This document shows positions 22,416 to 34,619 of a DNA stretch of 64,000 nt, one piece after another; within the stretch, counting starts at the first letter, position 1; each line of letters begins with the position of its first letter. The DNA lies in NCBI RefSeq assembly GCF_030028105.1, contig NC_092384.1, forward strand, positions 3,887,665 to 3,951,664. The letters are read 5' to 3'. Position numbers and translations under genes: made by a program. The stretch comes from Mobula birostris (lineage: Eukaryota). The notes under the pieces were generated by a model, which saw only the letters and a list, made by a program, of their open reading frames with translations, searched no databases and had not been told where the DNA came from.

Positions 22416-24019
22416 AAACAAGTGCTGAAACGTTACATGGAAGATTCACACAATACTAATAAGGGCAGATTTAGAATATTGTGTGTCGGTCCAGTCGCCA
22501 AGTGACACGATGGATGTTGTTGCTCCGTAGGAAGTTCACCAGAATATTGGCAGGTTGGGAGGATTTTATTTAATGGGAAATTTGAGATAGCCTAAGGTTG
22601 CCTTTCCTGGCTGCAAATAATATCAGAAAAGTTGCAGATGAGGATAGATTTTCAGAACCGTCCTCCCATGACAGAGGTGTCAACATGAAGAGGGCAAAAG
22701 ATCACACGTAACACAAATGGAACAGATTATGTGATTTCTGTGCTATAGTTCGGTTATTTGTCGAGAAACATTACATGTCTCAGTTTAGCCATAAGTAATG
22801 TATGTGTATAACGTACCTTGTTTACCAAGATTACTGAAATCATTAATCCAAGACCAGCATGGAAGATCTTCCTTGCAGATTGAAATGCATCAACAGGTTT
22901 TTAGCCTTTGTGCAAAAAATTAAAGGTCATCTTTTGAATGGATGTTTAAATACGCTTTCTTAATTATTTTAGCTCATTGATGGCGTTTTACAGGTGTGAC
23001 AAATAAGTCAAGCGTGTTTTGAAGAATTTTAAAAATGCTGGCTCATCATTCAGCATTTTCACACTATAATCACCTCCTCGATCAAAATATTATTAACTGA
23101 GCATTAATGTTTGATATATTTAATATTTTACAGGCTGAAATCCATAACAATTATAAATATTCCGGGAAGTCATTTATAACCTCAGTCATGAAAAAATAAA
23201 TTTATCTTTTGCACGATCTGCAGTATATAACTACCAATTAGCTAAAGTGTTGAAATTATAAAAGTAAAATAACAATTATTCACGGCGCTTCCCCTATTTT
23301 CTGCTGAGTACCTCAATAGCCATATACATCCAATTGCAGTTCGTTATGATGCAACCTCTGAACTTAATGAACATGCCCACTTCAGTTGTACGCTTATCCT
23401 TGCTTTGTTTAAACGTGACCACGAAATCGGAATTCTGATACCGAATTCGATGACTGCGGCCAACCTTGGCATTATTGGTTTAAAAAAGCAACAATTGCAA
23501 TTAGAGGAGCTTGAAATAATTATATACAGTTTCAGTATATGGGTGATTATGTTTTGATGGAGTAGTCTGCGTTGACATTGATTTCTTCAGTTTGACTTTC
23601 ATTCTGTCCGTGAATAGTCTGTAATGAAATGTTTCAGAATATCATCATCAAGTGTATTTCTTCTTTAACTTAAACTGTTAATTCATGTAAATACGTCACC
23701 TAAACGCATCTTTTATTGATACACTATTAATTCGGAGACTTAACGGTAATACAAAGACACCTGTCTAAAATATGTCTTCGCAACTGAAATATTTTTAATT
23801 AATCCCAATTGTCAATTCTCCTTCAACAAAAATGCGATTTAATGCTGGTTACGATGCAAATCACATTTCAAATTCGCTGTTCTTCAAACATTTGTTTTTA
23901 CATCAATATCTCCTATAGAATTTCTGGTGTTAACCTAACTGAATGCGTGTTGCCCAGCGTCGATAATGTGCATCACAACTGCAAAACGTTCAACTTCACA
24001 AATAATTCATGGTCACAGT

Positions 24020-24312
24020 TTGAGGATAAAGGGAAAGCCTTTTAGGACCGAGATTTGGTAAACAAAAATCTTCACACAGAGAGTGGTGAATCTGTGGAAT
24101 TCTCTGCCACAGGAAACAGTTGAGGCCAGTTCATTGGCTATGTTTAAGAGGGAGTTAGATATGGCCCTTGTGGGTAAAGGGATCAGTGGGTATGGGGGGA
24201 AGACTGGTACAGGGTTCTGAGTTGGATGATCACCCATGATCATACTGAATAGCGGTGCAGGCTCCAAAGGCCGAATGGCCTACTCCTGCACCTATTTTCT
24301 ATGTTTCTATGT
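24020..24312 (+). mobile_element. Short 5'-truncated 3' end of the young CR1 family
   Basis: Near-identical to the reverse complement of 60421-60710; ends CCTGCACCTATTTTCTATGTTTCTATGT. Confidence 0.85.
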
Positions 24313-24699
24313 AATAATGTTGCCTGAAGGTCCGTTTTAGGCATGATTCAGACTATTTCTTTAATAATGAAATATGCACATATGATTAAAGTAGAAAATG
24401 ACGTAACAAATTGGATGACTATTTATGAAAGATTTGTATTTGTAACTCTTTAATATATGCAAATATCTATCAAAATAACATTCAAAGGGGACGTTACGGC
24501 CTGAATAAAGGTCTCGATCGAAAAGGTCGAATGTCTGTTCACCTGCTGAGATCAGTCAGCGTGTCTTGTGCTGCTCCATTTTTCCTGAGAATTTTATAGT
24601 TAACAGCAGCGTTCTATACGATGAAATCTCAGCAACTGATAGCAGTTTCGGGATGAAAACATAACATCGGAACAGTTAAACATCTTCTGTGGACCATGT

Positions 24700-25370
24700 G
24701 TCCACGAAACTTGGACAAGTCAGCGAGTTAATGTTCATGACTTTCCAATTGATTTCACTGCAGTGTTTCGCTACTGACTGAAAGAGTACCTCTACTGCCA
24801 CAATCAGGTCACACTCTATTTGGAGGAGCAACGCCTCATATTCCGCCTGGGTAGCCTCCAATCTGATGGCATGAACATTGATTTCTCGAAATTCCGCTAA
24901 TTGCTTCCAATCCGCCCGCCCGCTCTCCCCACCCCCCGCGCTGCTCTCCTCTCCCTCACCATTCCCCATTCTTGTTTCTTTCTCACAGCTTCTGCTCTTA
25001 TCTGCCGCTCACTTCTCTAATGCATTCCTTTTGTATCATGGTCTACCGCCTTCTGCTATCGGACTCCCCCTCTAGACCTTTATTTCATTCACCAATCAAC
25101 TTCCCATTTCTTCACGTCAGGCTCTAATTCCCCCTTTCCCGGTTTCACCTATCACCTGCCAGCTTTTACTTCATCCTCCCCTGTCCTACTTCCTTTCCTA
25201 TTCTGACTTCTTCCCTACACTTCTAATCCTGGTTGAGGATCTCGGCCTGAATCCTCGACTGTTTACTCTTAGCTATAGATGCTGCTTGGTTTGCAGAGTT
25301 CCTCCAGCATTCTGTATGGGTTGCTTTAGACTTCTAGAGTCTGCATATTTTCTCGTGTTTGTCTTCAACA
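24700..25370 (+). mobile_element. Penelope-like element 3' end (GIY-YIG C-terminus + terminal repeat)
   Basis: GAGCAACGCCTCATATTCCGCCTGGGTAGCCTCCAATCTGATGGCATGAAC encodes an EQxLIFRLGSLQxDGMN motif, followed by a pyrimidine-rich tract and the shared terminal sequence. Confidence 0.7.
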
Positions 25371-25599
25371 GATTGTTCAGTTTGCATCCTGCAAATCGAC
25401 AACTATTTACATTTTTCTGCTGATTAATTACCTTTCATCTCGTTCATTTTCTATCTTTTTTCAGGTTTAAAATTGTATGAAGAAAAATTAAATACAAATG
25501 TCAGCCTCTTGACAGCAGAGAAGTAGAGTTAACGAATCATACAATATGTATCAGGACATTTAACCAATCATGTGTAGCGACAACACACCAGATCTCTGA

Positions 25600-27885
25600 A
25601 ATGATCACAGCTCCAGATGCTGGAAATCCAAGCAACACACGCAAAATGCCGGAGGAATCAGCAGGCCAGGCAGCATCTATGAAAAGAGTACAGCTGACGT
25701 TTCGGGGCAAAAGCTTTCGGCAAGACTAGAGGTGTAAAAGCTAAGGAGTAGATTTATAAAGTCGGGGGAGGGGAGAGGTGATAGGAGAAATACTGACGGA
25801 GGAGAGGATGAAGTAAGGAGCGGAGAAGTAAATTGGTCACAGAGACAGAAGGCCATGGAATAAGCAATAGCGGGGCAGCACTAGATGGAGGCGCCGGGCG
25901 GGCAATGAGTTAAGGTGAGAGAGGGAAAGTTGATTGGAAATGGTGATGGAGGGTGGGGGGCATTACCGTTAGTTTGAGTCATCGATGCCCTTGCCATCAG
26001 ATTGGAGGCTACCCAAACGGAATGTAAGGTGTTCTTCCTTCAGTCTAAGTGTGGCCGCATCACGGCAGTGGAAGAGACCATGGAAAGACGCATCGGAACG
26101 GGAATGGGAAGTGGAATTAAAATGACTGGCCACCGGGACAGCCCGCTTTTTCAGGCGGACGGAGCGTAACCGCTCGGCGAAATGGTCGCTCTGTCTACGT
26201 CCGGTATCGCTGATATACAGGAGGCCACGCGGGCAGCACCAGACACGGTATATGACCCCAACAGAGTCACACACGAAGTGTCGCCTCACTGAGAAGGACT
26301 GTTTAGTGCTCTGAATGGTGGTGAGGGAGGAGGTGAAGGCGTAAATGTAGCACCTGTTACGAATGCAATAGGAACCCTATCGTGAGTAAATTTAAGGGCA
26401 GCGTGGAAGTTGGAGGCAAAGTTGGGTCCCAGCTATGCCTGCTTGAATGTCGGCTACGTCTACCAGTCTATGTTCCACGCCTACACTAGTGATCATCCCG
26501 CAATTTTCCTAGGCTATATCATTGCTGCTGCATCCTATACGCGTGCTGAACTCATCGACTTCATCCACTCTTCCATCAAATTTACCTGGTCCAGTTCCGA
26601 CACCCCCCTCCCCTTTCTCAATCGCACAGTCTCGATATCTCTGGAGACAGTTTATCTACTGCTGTCTATCGTATACTCACAGACTCTCACAGCTGTCTGG
26701 AATATACCTCTTCCCACCCTGATACTCGTGAAAAACGCTATCCCCTTCTCTGAATTCCCCTGCCTCCACGGTATCTGCTATCAGGCGAAGGCTTTTCAGT
26801 CTAGAAAGAAGGAGATGTCTGTCTTTTTCAAAGAACGGGGCTTCCGTTCCTCCACCATCCACTCTGCCTTCACCACATCTCTTCCCATTCACGACCGTCT
26901 GCACTTTCCCCAGCCTCCCCTCCTGTATCAAGGATAGGGTTTCTCTTGTCCTCACCTATCACACCTCTAGCCTCCACGCCAAGTAACTAAATTATCCGAG
27001 CTACTACCATCTCCAATGAGATCCTACCATCAATCGCATCTTTTCCTATCCCCCACTTCTAACTTTCCACAGGGATTGCTCGCTACGCGACTCCCTTGAC
27101 CAATCGTCCTTCCCCACTTATCTCCCTCCTCGAACATCCTTGTAAGCAGAACAAGTGCTACAGCTGTCCCTACACCTCCTCCCTCACGATCATTCAGGTC
27201 GCTAAACAGTCCTTCCAGGTGATGCAACACTTCACAGTGGACCTGTGAGTCTACTGGGTTCATGGTGTCCGGTATTGCCCCTGTGGCCTCCAATATATCA
27301 GTGAGACCCAACGTAGATTCAGAGACCGCTTTGCCAAGCTCCTATTCTCCGTCCGCCTGAAAAAGCCGGTTCTCCCGGTGGCCACCCACTTCACTACCAA
27401 TCCGACATGTCTGTCCTCCACTGTCGTGATGAAGGTGCACTCAGGTTGCAGGAATAACCTTATATTCTCTTTGGGTAACCTCCAACCTGATGGCATGAAC
27501 ATCGATTTCTCAAACTTCCGGTAATAGCACTATCTCTACCGCCCCCCACTCCCACTTCACCATTTCCCGTCCCCTTTTCCCTCTCACCTTATCTCCTTTT
27601 CCGCCAATTCCCTCCTTCTTGTACTCCTCCCTCCTTTTTTCTTTCTTCCATGGGCTTCTGTCTCTTTTACCAACTTCCCAACTCTTCATCTCATCTTTCC
27701 TCCCTTCAGTTTTCACCTATCACTTTGTGTTTCCCTCTCTCCTTCTCCGCTTTAAAAACCTACTCCTCAGCTTTTGTTTTCTCCAGTCCTGCCTAAGGGT
27801 TTTTACATGAAACGTCGACTGTACGTTTTTTCCCCCCTAATTGCTGCCTGTCCTGCTAAGTTCCTCCAGCATTTTGTGTCTCTGA
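25600..27885. mobile_element. Penelope-like element: 5'-truncated RT-GIY-YIG copy (+, about 26380-27885) preceded by an inverted copy of its own 3' part (-, about 25600-26370)
   Basis: On +: GPSYACLxVGY (PLE RT), AIPFSEF..ICY, then GIY-YIG remnants. On -: ORF 25969-26289 VGVIYRVWCCPRGLLYISDTGRR..SHFNS..EEHLTFRLGSLQ. Both arms end in the same terminal sequence. Confidence 0.8.
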
Positions 27886-28189
27886 AGTAATCCCATTTTC
27901 AAGGGAATTGCCCTTATTTTGTATGTCGGGTGTTTAAGTGTTTATTCAAATATTTCTAAAATGTTCTGCAGATCCATTCCTCCACCACCCGCACAGGTAA
28001 TGTGTTCGAGATGTAAACATACACCAGGGAAAAACTCTTCCTCGAAACATTAACGAAATTGTTAATCTCCCGTGTGCTAAAGGCATCATCCTGCAGGTTA
28101 GGGTTAGATGGTGGGTTACTGGGCAGCGGGGAGGAAGGGCTGGACACGCCTATTCAGCTCGTATATCAATCAATGAATAAACTACCCCT

Positions 28190-28520
28190 CACTGAAAGAT
28201 GCGTTTTGTTGTAGTTTTTTTTTTAATTCCTCACATTTCTCTGAAAACTCTCGAGACGGCTGTGCATGAAAATCATAGGAGATCAGCAGTTTCAAGAATA
28301 ATTAAACCACCTGATATGGCACCAACATTGAATACACAGTCAAAATAACTTAGTTCACATTTGTTCCACAATCTAATTGTTTGTCTGTGCAATATCTGAA
28401 CTTGCTGACTATGCCTTCACACTTTTACGCATTGAGTTGCTACCGTATGCTGGATCATTGCATATTTGCGTTAGCGAACATGTGTACAGGTGTGCATGAT
28501 AAAGTGGCCATTGAGTTAGA
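28190..28520 (+). mobile_element. Tc1/mariner-derived non-autonomous element, partial
   Basis: Ends GTGTACAGGTGTGCATGATAAAGTGGCCATTGAGT and shares internal sequence with the 55.7-kb copy; family recognised from memory. Confidence 0.5.
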
Positions 28521-28619
28521 TCCTGTTGGTTAATTTCGACTTGGACATTTATTGTAACCACTAGATTGGAACATCATTCGCATTAGTGTGCACCTAGAAG
28601 ATTAATCTGTATCTGTACA

Positions 28620-30760
28620 TGGGCTCTCTTCCAGGGAAGGTGGGACCTGTACAGAAAACAGGTTGCATCTAAACTGGAGGGGAATAAGGGGATTAATGTT
28701 CCAGCAATAATGTTCGCTAGTACTGCACGATGGGACGGGGATGATAAACGTGTTGTGCGTTGCGGGGCGTGGGGGATAGGAACCAGAGTGCTAGAACAGA
28801 TAATAGAGTGATTGTAGTCACAGATGTTGCAAAGACCTCAGACAAAGTCAGGACAAATGGTTAAACATGGCGGGACTAATGCCCTGAGTTCTGTATATTT
28901 CAGAGCAAAAAGTATTGTAGAGAGGGCAGAGGAGTTCACGGCATGGATCTACACATGGAATTATGATATTACAGCCAGTCTTGACATTTGTTTGCAGGAG
29001 GGTAGGACTGGCAGCTCAATATTCCAGAGTTCCTTTGTTTTAGATGTGATAGGGAGTGGGAGTTTAAAGGATGAAGGCGGCTTTACTATTCACGGAGCAT
29101 CGCACGACAGTACTCAGTTAGGACAGGCTGGAGAACTCGTCTAGTGTGGTTCTATGAACAGAAGCGTTGAATAAGTACGTTATTGGGGCTTCATAATAGA
29201 CCACCCAAAAGTCCGCGGAATATAGAGGAATACATTTGTAGAAAAGTCGCAGATTGTTGCCAGAAATATAAGGCTGCGACAGTAAATGATTTTCAATTTC
29301 CACATATTGTCTGGGACGCACATATTGTAAAAGCACTAGATTGGATTCAGTTTGTGAAATGTGTTCAAGGGCGTCTCCTGAATCGTTGCATGGAAATCCC
29401 AACGACATGCTGTGCAGTCAGAAACAAGAGAAAATCTACAGATGCTGGAATCCAAGCAATATAGACGAAATGCTGGAGGACAGTCGACGTTTTGAGCTGA
29501 GAGCCGGCTAATAACATCGACTGTATTCTTTTCCATAGATGCTGCCTGGCCTGCTGAGTTCTTTTAGAAGTTTGTGTGATATAGTGTCCAATTCCTGATA
29601 TTCCATTAGAGAAAGATACACGGCAGATGAAACAAGTTTGTATCGGGGAACACTATGATCATAATGACATTAGTTTAAATGCAGTTATAGAAAGGCGATG
29701 GGTCTGTTGCTTGGGCTGAAATTTTAAACTGAAGAAAAGCCACCTTTGCCGCTCCGAATGTATCTGACAAGTATGGATTGGGATTCGCTGCTTTCCAGCA
29801 AATCTGTGCGTGGTAAGTGGGAATACTTCGAAACTGAAATTGCCATTGTTTGTCATAATAAAAGCCAAGGATGTCAGGTTTGGAGGACCTTGGTTTTCCA
29901 TAGATATTGAGGACGTAGTGAAATAAAATAAAGAAAGTGCAGAGCACTAAATGAAGTGTAAGGCAAGTATAGGCAGGTAGGAGTGAATTAAGTGCTTGAG
30001 AAGTGTAAGAAATGTAAGGGGACATTCAAGACAGAAACCAGGATGGCTTAAGGAAGACGCGAGTGCTCTAGCAGACAAGGTGAAGGAGAACTTCAGGGTC
30101 TTCTGTAAATATGTTAAGAGAAAGTTGTTGCAACGGATGAAATTCGTCCTTTGGAATATCAGAATAATATTCCTTGCCTGGAGGCAAAAGTGGTGTGGGA
30201 GACTTTGCATGGAGGTTTTGCATCTTTATTAGCTCGGGAGACGAATACAGAGGCTAGAGAAGTGACGCGAAGCACCACAGAGTGGTGAATGCTATGAATC
30301 TTACAAAGAAAGACGAACTGTTTGCCGTCTTGAGAGAAATTAGATACGAAAAACCACAAGAGTATGTAAGTTTTTCCCTTGTCAAGTCTAGAATCTCCAG
30401 CGGTGTTAGCAGATATATTTCAATCACCGTTAGGAGCAGGCGAGATACTGGAGAATTTTAGTATAGTTAATGTCGTTCCATGTTTAAGAAAGGATCGAAA
30501 ATAAAACAGAAAATTATAGGCTGGTGAGCCTAACACCAGTAGAGAGATATCTATTTGAAGGCATTTTATTAGACTGGATATATGAGTATTTGTATCGACA
30601 GCGATGCATTAGAAATAGTCAGCATGCCTTTGTCCCTGGCAGGTCGTGCCTAACTAATCCTACAGAGTTTTTCGAGTATGTTCCCAGGAACGTTAATTGC
30701 CGCAAGGCAGTAGATGTTATCCACATGGACTTTAACGTTAAAGAGAAGTTTGGACAGGTA
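28620..30760 (+). mobile_element. Old degenerate CR1 (ORF1 end, endonuclease, RT start)
   Basis: Remnants LHLNWRG, VYFRAKSIVERAEEFTAWI, QHAFVPGRSCLTN; many stops; hairpin insert near 29.4 kb. Confidence 0.65.
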
Positions 30761-30959
30761 TCTGGATGAGACGACTATAGAGGGCTATTATCTCCAGGTG
30801 GGGTCAATTGGGACAAACAGTTTAAATCGTTTGAGTGATCTAGATGGGCCGAAGGGTTCGTGTCTGTGCTGTAGTTTTCTGTAACTCTCCGACACTATGA
30901 CTCGATGAGATCCACCAAAATACTCGTTGTATCAGCGAAACTGCGCACAATTGGATATT

Positions 30960-33900
30960 AACATAGAAATATTGGAAACATACAGCACAAAGCTGTGCCG
31001 AACATGTCCTCACCTTTGAAAGACCTAGGGTTTACCCATAGCCCTCTATTTTTGCTAATCTCTATGCACCTATCCAGGAGTCTCTTAAAAGACCCTACCG
31101 TTTCCGCCTCCACCACTACCGCCAGCAGCCCATTCCACGCACTCACCATTCTCTGCGTAAAAAACCTACCCCTGACATCTCCTCTATACCTACTTCCAAG
31201 CACCTTAAAACTATAAACACAAAATAATCTGCAGATGCTGGGGTCAAAACAAAACTCACAACACGCTGGAGGAACTCAGCAGGTCGGGCAGCATCCGTGG
31301 AAACGTTGACAGATCGTTTCCACGGATGCTGCCTGACCTGCTGAGTTCCGCCAGCATGTTGTGAGTGTTACCTTAAAACTATACCCTCTCGTGCAAGCCA
31401 GTTCAGCCCTGGGGAGCAGCCTCCTCCTCTACACACAATCAATGCATCTCATTATCTTGTACACCTCCGTCAGGTCACCTCTCATCCTTGTCGCTGTAAG
31501 GAGAAAAGGCCGAGTGCATTCAACCTATTCACATAAGGCATACTACGCAATCTAGGCAACAACCTTGTAAATCTGTTGTGCACCCTTTCTAAGGTTTACA
31601 CGTGCTTCTTTCAGGGAGGCGACCAGAATTGAGCACAGTAACATATAGCTGCAACATTACTTCTTGGCTCCTAAAATCAAACCCACCATTGGTGAAACCA
31701 ATGCACCGTATGCCTTCTGAATCACAGAGCCAACCTGCGTAGCAGCTTTGAGTGTCCTCTGGACTCGGACCCCAAGATCCCTCTGATCCTCAATATTGCC
31801 AAGAGTCTTACCATTAATACTACATTCTGCCCTCATATTTGACCTACCAAAATGAACCATCTCACATTGATCTGGATTGAATTTCATCTGCTAATTCTCA
31901 GCCCAGTTTTGTATCCTACCAATACCCCACTGTAACCTCTGACAGCACTTCGCACTATCCACAACACCCTCAAACTTTGTGTCACCATCCAATTTACTAA
32001 CACATCCGTCCACTTCCTCATCCAGGGCATTTATAAAAATCACAAAGAGTACGAGTCCGAGAACAAATCCCTGAGGCACACCACTGGTCACGGGCCTCCA
32101 TGCAGAATATGATCGTCTAAACCACTCTTTGCCTTCTGTGAGCAAGCCAGTTGTAGATTCTCAAAGCAATGTCCCATTGGATTCCGTACTTTCTTACTGT
32201 CTCAATAATCCTTGCTTGGGGTAAGTTATCAAATGCCTTGATAAAATCCATTTACACTACATCTACTGTTCTACCTTCATCAACGTGTTTAGTCACATAC
32301 TCAAAGAAATCAGTCAGGCTCGTAAGCCACGACCTGCTTTTGACAAAGTCATGTTGCCTATTCTTAATCACATTATGCCTCTCCAAATGTTCATAAATCC
32401 TGCCTCTCATGATCTTCTCCATCAACTTAGCACCCACTGGAATAAGAGTCACTGCCCTATAATGTCTTGAGCTATCCCTACTCCTTATCACGAATGAGGA
32501 AACAACATCCGCAACCCTCCAAACCTCCAGAACCTCTAACATCCTCATTCATGATGTACAGATCATTTCCAGAGGGTCCCCGATCTCCTGGCTCACTTCC
32601 CACTGTAGAATGCGGTGCATCCCATCTGATCCCGGTCACTTATCCACCTTGATTCTTTCCAAAAGCTGCAGCACATCGTATTCTTTGATATCTACATTCT
32701 CAAGTTTTTCAGTCCACTGCTAAGCATCCCTGCAATCGCAAAGATCCTTTTCCGTAATGAATACTGAAGCAAAGTATCCGACAAGTACCTTTGTTATTTT
32801 CTGTGGTTCCAAACATACGTTTCAACTGTCACACTTGTTTGGTCCTATTCTCTCACGTCTTATAGCCTTGCTCTTCACATTCTCGTGGAAAACCTTGGGG
32901 TTTTCCTTAATCCTGTCCGCCGATGCCTTCTCATGGCCCCTTCAAGCTCTCCTAATTTCATTCTTAACTTCCTTCCTGCTAGCCTTATAATCTTCTAGAT
33001 TCCTATCATTACCTAGTTTTTGAACCTTTCGTAAGCTCTTCTTTTCCTGTTGACTAGATTTAGAAGGGCCTTTGTACACGACATATCTTCTACCCTACCG
33101 TCCTTTCCTGTCTCATTGGAACGTACCTATGCAGTTCCCCACCGAAATATCCCCTGAACATTTGCCACATTTCCAGCATCCAAGTTCCTGCCTGATAGCA
33201 TTATATTTCTTCTTACTACAATTAAACATTTGCTTATCTTGTCTGTTCTTATCCCTCTCCAATTCCAATAGAATTGTGATTACTATCTCCAAAATGCTCT
33301 CCCACTGAGAGATCTGACACCTGATCAGGTTCATTTCCCAACACCAGCTCAAGTACAGCCTTTCCTCTTGTTGGCTTATCTACATATTTTGTCAAGAAAC
33401 CTTCCTGAACACACCTAACAAACTCTATCACATCTAAACCCCTCACTCTAGCGAGATATCAATTAATATTTGGGAAATTACAATCTCCTACCACTACAAC
33501 CCTGTAATTATTACTCCTTTCCAGAATCTGCTCCCCGATGTGCCTGTTACTTTTGGGTGGTCTATAAAATCACCGAATATAGTTATTGACCTCTTCCTAT
33601 TCCTAACTTCCACCCACACAGACTCCGTAGATAACCACTCCATGACGTCCTCCTTCTCTGCAGCCGTGACACACTCTCTGATCAAGAGTGCCATGCCCCA
33701 CCTCTTCTGCCTCCCTCCCTATCCGTTCTGAAACATCTAAAGCCTGACACTTGAAGTAGCCATTCTTGCCCCTGCACAATCCAAGTCTCTGTAATGGCCA
33801 CAACATCACCCCTCCAAGTACTGATCTACGCTTTAAACTCATCAGCTTTATTCATGATATTCCTCGCATTAAAATAGACACATCTCAAAATATCGGACTG

Positions 33901-34250
33901 AGCGCGACCCTTCTCTGTCTAGCCTCCTTTTCGCACTGTTTCCACGCTTTCTCTATTTATGAGCCAACCTTTCTTCGTCAATTCAGCTCGGTTCCCACGC
34001 TTCAGCAAATCTAGTTTAACCCCCCCCCCCCCCCCCCCCAGTAGCCTTAGCAAACCTTCCCGCCAGAATGTCGGTCCCCCTCGGATTCAAATGCAACCCG
34101 TCCATTTTGTACAAGTCACACCTGCCCCAGTAGATTTCCCAATGATCCAGAATTCTGAATTTCTGCCCCCTGCTCCAATCCCTGAGCCACGCATTTATCC
34201 TCCACTCATTCTATTCCTGCACACTGTCACATTGCGCAGGCAATGATGCC
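30960..34250 (-). mobile_element. Degenerate CR1, ORF1 3' part through ORF2 3' end
   Basis: Ordered minus-strand remnants: esterase end, STESVWVEVRN, EGFLTKYVDKPTRG, SRSWLTSLTDFFE, VTSGVPQG, RGDVRGRFF; tail near 30960. Confidence 0.8.
31216..31370. mobile_element. 155-nt hairpin element made of two inverted Penelope-like termini, flanked by a 13-bp target-site duplication
   Basis: CCTTAAAACTATA at 31203-31215 and 31371-31383. Arms CACAACACGCTGGAGGAACTCAGCAGGTCGGGCAGCATCCGTGGAAACG / CGTTTCCACGGATGCTGCCTGACCTGCTGAGTTCCGCCAGCATGTTGTG surround a 9-nt loop. It is inserted in a CR1 3' end. Confidence 0.9.
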
Positions 34251-34619
34251 GAGATTACTGCCAGTATCCAACAGTCTCAAAATAGGGGACTACATGGGAA
34301 GAAAATATAATCCTAAGTACAGCCAAGTGTTCCCTGTGCAGTTATTATACTGGCATCAAACGCTAACAATGTTGAAAATTGCCCTTTTCAGAAACGGTGG
34401 CAAAATACAATAAGGCTAACTTCCAACAAACCATTCGGTTCTTGGTCATTAGGAAAGCTATGAAAGATTTACTTACTCACTTGCAATCTGCTCACCAGTT
34501 TATCCCATTGTATCGCCAGATACGTTTGGCTCCAGAACTCATCTTAGCAATGGTCCAAGCATGGACATAAAGCCCAACTTATAGGAATATGAATGTCAGT
34601 GTTATCAGGCAAAACTAGA

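Noticed and set aside
23300-23560. About 85-codon stop-free plus-strand stretch after a pyrimidine tract
   Set aside because: No recognisable domain, no clear donor and no partner exons.
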